NCBI GenBank assembly: GCA_031370785.1
Contig: JANMQY010000072.1
Coordinates: 1 to 19,488, forward strand
Origin: Candidatus Eiseniibacteriota bacterium
Lineage (GTDB): Bacteria > Eisenbacteria > RBG-16-71-46
Direction: 5' to 3'
DNA length: 19,488 bases
Part shown: piece by piece, positions 15,215-19,488 of the stretch
How positions within the stretch are numbered: the stretch's first letter is position 1
Layout of the letters: every line of letters begins with the position of its first letter
The notes under the pieces: generated by a model
What the model saw: the letters and a program-made list of their open reading frames with translations, nothing else
Databases searched by the model: none
Told to the model about the DNA's origin: nothing
Translations under genes and position numbers: made by a program

Positions 15215-15785
15215 GCTTCGTCCTCTTCCCGGTTCTTGTCGCGAGCTTCTTCCGCGCGATCTTCCGTAAGATTCGCGAACGGGTGCCGACCGTGGTGTTC
15301 GAGAAATTCGCGCAGCAGTTCCGCTTCGAGCGGAGCGGGGTCCTGGTCGGGCGTTGGCAGCCACGCGATGAGCAGCGCTTCGTGATCCTCGAGTTGCCAC
15401 ACCAGCCGCCCTCCCCAGTGCGCGAGGCGCTTGCCCTGACCGAAGCGCAGGTAGCGCTTCACCCGCTGCTGGAGCAGCGAGCGGACGCCGGGACCGGACG
15501 CGAGGCCGTAGTAGAGAACCTGCGCGCCGGCGACCCACTCCGCTTCCAGTCGCGCGCGATCCACGCTCGGATCCTGCCCGCGATACCAGCCGCCGACGCT
15601 CGTCGCGAGGAACTCGGGCTCCACGAGCGATTCGCGCACCGTCGCATAGACGCCGCGCACCACCGGCACTTCGAGACAGCGGCCGTCGTGGAGCGCGCCC
15701 ACCGCTCGAAAGCCCTCGAAGCCGCGCGCCTTGAGCGCCGCGATCGAGCCGGGCAACGCGTGCGCGCCGCTCTCGGTCGCCACGC

Positions 15786-15789
<4 letters not shown>
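15211..15789 (-). CDS. GIY-YIG nuclease superfamily-like hypothetical protein (192 aa)
   Basis: The real gene is the last 192 codons of ORF 15211..17574, with GTGA overlaps at both ends. Motifs RGVYA ... VLYYGLA ... LQQRV ... HWGGRLVWQL ... LEAELL ... PFAN correspond to the GIY / YIG / Arg / Glu / Asn elements. Confidence 0.7.
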
Positions 15790-18134
<2,345 letters not shown>

Positions 18135-18136
18135 CT

Positions 18137-18880
18137 CTACAGCTCCACGTCCCGGTGAACGTCCTTGTAGTAGATGTAGCGCGCCGGGCTCGAGCTGGTG
18201 GCGTAGAACGACTGCGGGCAGAACGGCCCCATCCAGATGAAGTCGCCGGCCCGCACCTCGCGCCAGCGATCGCCGAGGTAGTAGACGCCCTGACCTTCGA
18301 GCATGTAGAGCCCGTGCTCCATCACGTGAGTCTCGGTCACCGGAAGCGAGAAGCCCGGCGGGAAGGTGAAGATGTTCATCGCCATGTCGAACCTGGGTTC
18401 GATCGGCAGCAGGGTCTTGAGCAGCAGCTCGTTCACGCCCATGAACGGCTCGCCCTTGACCGCGCTCTCGTTGCCGGCCACATCGTCGGGCCGCGCCTCG
18501 CCGAAAGGCTGGTAGCGCTTCTTGAGCCACAGCAGCTTCGCGCCTTTGGAGGTGAGCGCGAACTTCGAGCCCGGCTTGAGGAACGCGAAGCCGCCGGCCT
18601 TGAGCGCGTGCGTCATGCCGTTGGCCTTGATGTCCGCCGCGCCTTCGATCACGTAGAAGAACGCCTCGATGCCCTGGGCGAGCGTCTGCTCGCTGCCGCC
18701 GCCGGCCTCGACGTCGATCAGATACTGTGCGAAGCGCGCTCCCATCGCGGGCGAGGCCAGGATACGCACTTCGCTCGTGCTCCACTCCGGCAGCGCGAAC
18801 GCCGGGATCCCTTCGGGCGGCAGGATCGCGTAGTTGCGCTCGACCACCACCCGGCTCGTGACCAGCCCCTTTTGCGGCAT
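18137..18880 (-). CDS. allE: (S)-ureidoglycine aminohydrolase (bicupin)
   Basis: SPAMGARFAQY; Mn-binding segment ETHVMEHGLYMLEGQG; GDFIWMGPFCPQ; YIYYKDVHR. GAGG SD, purine-catabolic context. Confidence 0.9.
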   Translation of the reverse strand: MPQKGLVTSRVVVERNYAILPPEGIPAFALPEWSTSEVRILASPAMGARFAQYLIDVEAGGGSEQTLAQGIEAFFYVIEGAADIKANGMTHALKAGGFAFLKPGSKFALTSKGAKLLWLKKRYQPFGEARPDDVAGNESAVKGEPFMGVNELLLKTLLPIEPRFDMAMNIFTFPPGFSLPVTETHVMEHGLYMLEGQGVYYLGDRWREVRAGDFIWMGPFCPQSFYATSSSPARYIYYKDVHRDVEL

Positions 18881-18961
18881 CCTCTGATCGACTCCCTTCG
18901 GGCTTCCGCCGCAAGCGCGTAGCGCCTACAGTCGTGCGCTCCACTCCACGAGGAGACCGCC

Positions 18962-19488
18962 ATGCCCAATGTTCTGAACGCCGAACTTCTGCGAGATTCA
19001 CTGACCCGGTTGAGCAAGGCCAACCGTGAGATCGCGGAAGCCTACCCCGGCGAGAGCGCCGACCGCCAGCCCGTTCACACGGTTTATGGCGGCGCGCACC
19101 TGTTTTCCGCCGACGTCGCACAGCAGCTCGGCCGGAGCGCGCAGGACGCGCTCGAGCGCTACGCGCCCGACGCGAACGCGTTCGCGAGCGCGATCGGGCT
19201 GCCTGATCGCGACGGCCTGCCTGCGCTGGTGTACGCGCGCGTTCTGGAGAAGCTGCGCGAGGAGCCAGTCGAGGACTATCGCATCGACTTCGAGGACGGC
19301 TACGGCAATCGCCCCGAGGCTGAAGAGGACGGTCACGCGCTCGCGGCCGGCAAGGAAGTCGCGAAGGGCCTCGCCGAGAAAACGCTGCCGCCCTTCGTCG
19401 GCATCCGCATCAAGCCACTGACCGAAGAGCTGTGCGGGCGCAGCCTGCGAACACTCGCGCTCTTCCTCTCGGGATTGATCGACGGCGC
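18962..19488 (+). CDS. DUF6986 / HpcH-HpaI aldolase-citrate lyase-like protein (3'-truncated; absent from the ORF track)
   Basis: GAGGAG SD, ATG at 18962, frame open to the window end: MPNVLNAELL...YPGESADRQPVHTVYGGAHLF...EPVEDYRIDFEDGYGNRP...LPPFVGIRIK. Confidence 0.8.
   Translation, partial: MPNVLNAELLRDSLTRLSKANREIAEAYPGESADRQPVHTVYGGAHLFSADVAQQLGRSAQDALERYAPDANAFASAIGLPDRDGLPALVYARVLEKLREEPVEDYRIDFEDGYGNRPEAEEDGHALAAGKEVAKGLAEKTLPPFVGIRIKPLTEELCGRSLRTLALFLSGLIDG

Overview
GC-rich bacterial window, mostly minus-strand genes. The protein families suggest an FCB-adjacent diderm such as Ca. Eisenbacteria; this is inference, not established. In order: (i) the 3' end of an HNH-family gene, a small membrane protein and a methylmalonate-semialdehyde dehydrogenase; (ii) a two-gene secreted module made of a 1591-aa six-module beta-helix protein with a dockerin and a ~689-aa protein with three cohesin-like and two Big_2 domains. 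Both end in a FlgD-Ig/T9SS-like C-terminal domain, so this looks like a non-cellulosomal mini-scaffoldin system. It is followed by three co-varying 22-bp palindromes and an inverted remnant of a related C-terminal tail; (iii) a TPR - GT4 glycosyltransferase - phosphodiester glycosidase - Zn-ribbon NUDIX operon behind a sigma28-like promoter motif; (iv) a purine-catabolic operon (allE plus three xanthine dehydrogenase subunits) with an embedded, translationally coupled GIY-YIG-like gene and a histone-like basic tail on the 2Fe-2S subunit; (v) a divergent, window-truncated DUF6986/HpcH-CitE-like gene. No rRNA, tRNA, CRISPR array or transposase was recognised. All domain calls are by-eye motif recognition; no database searches were run.
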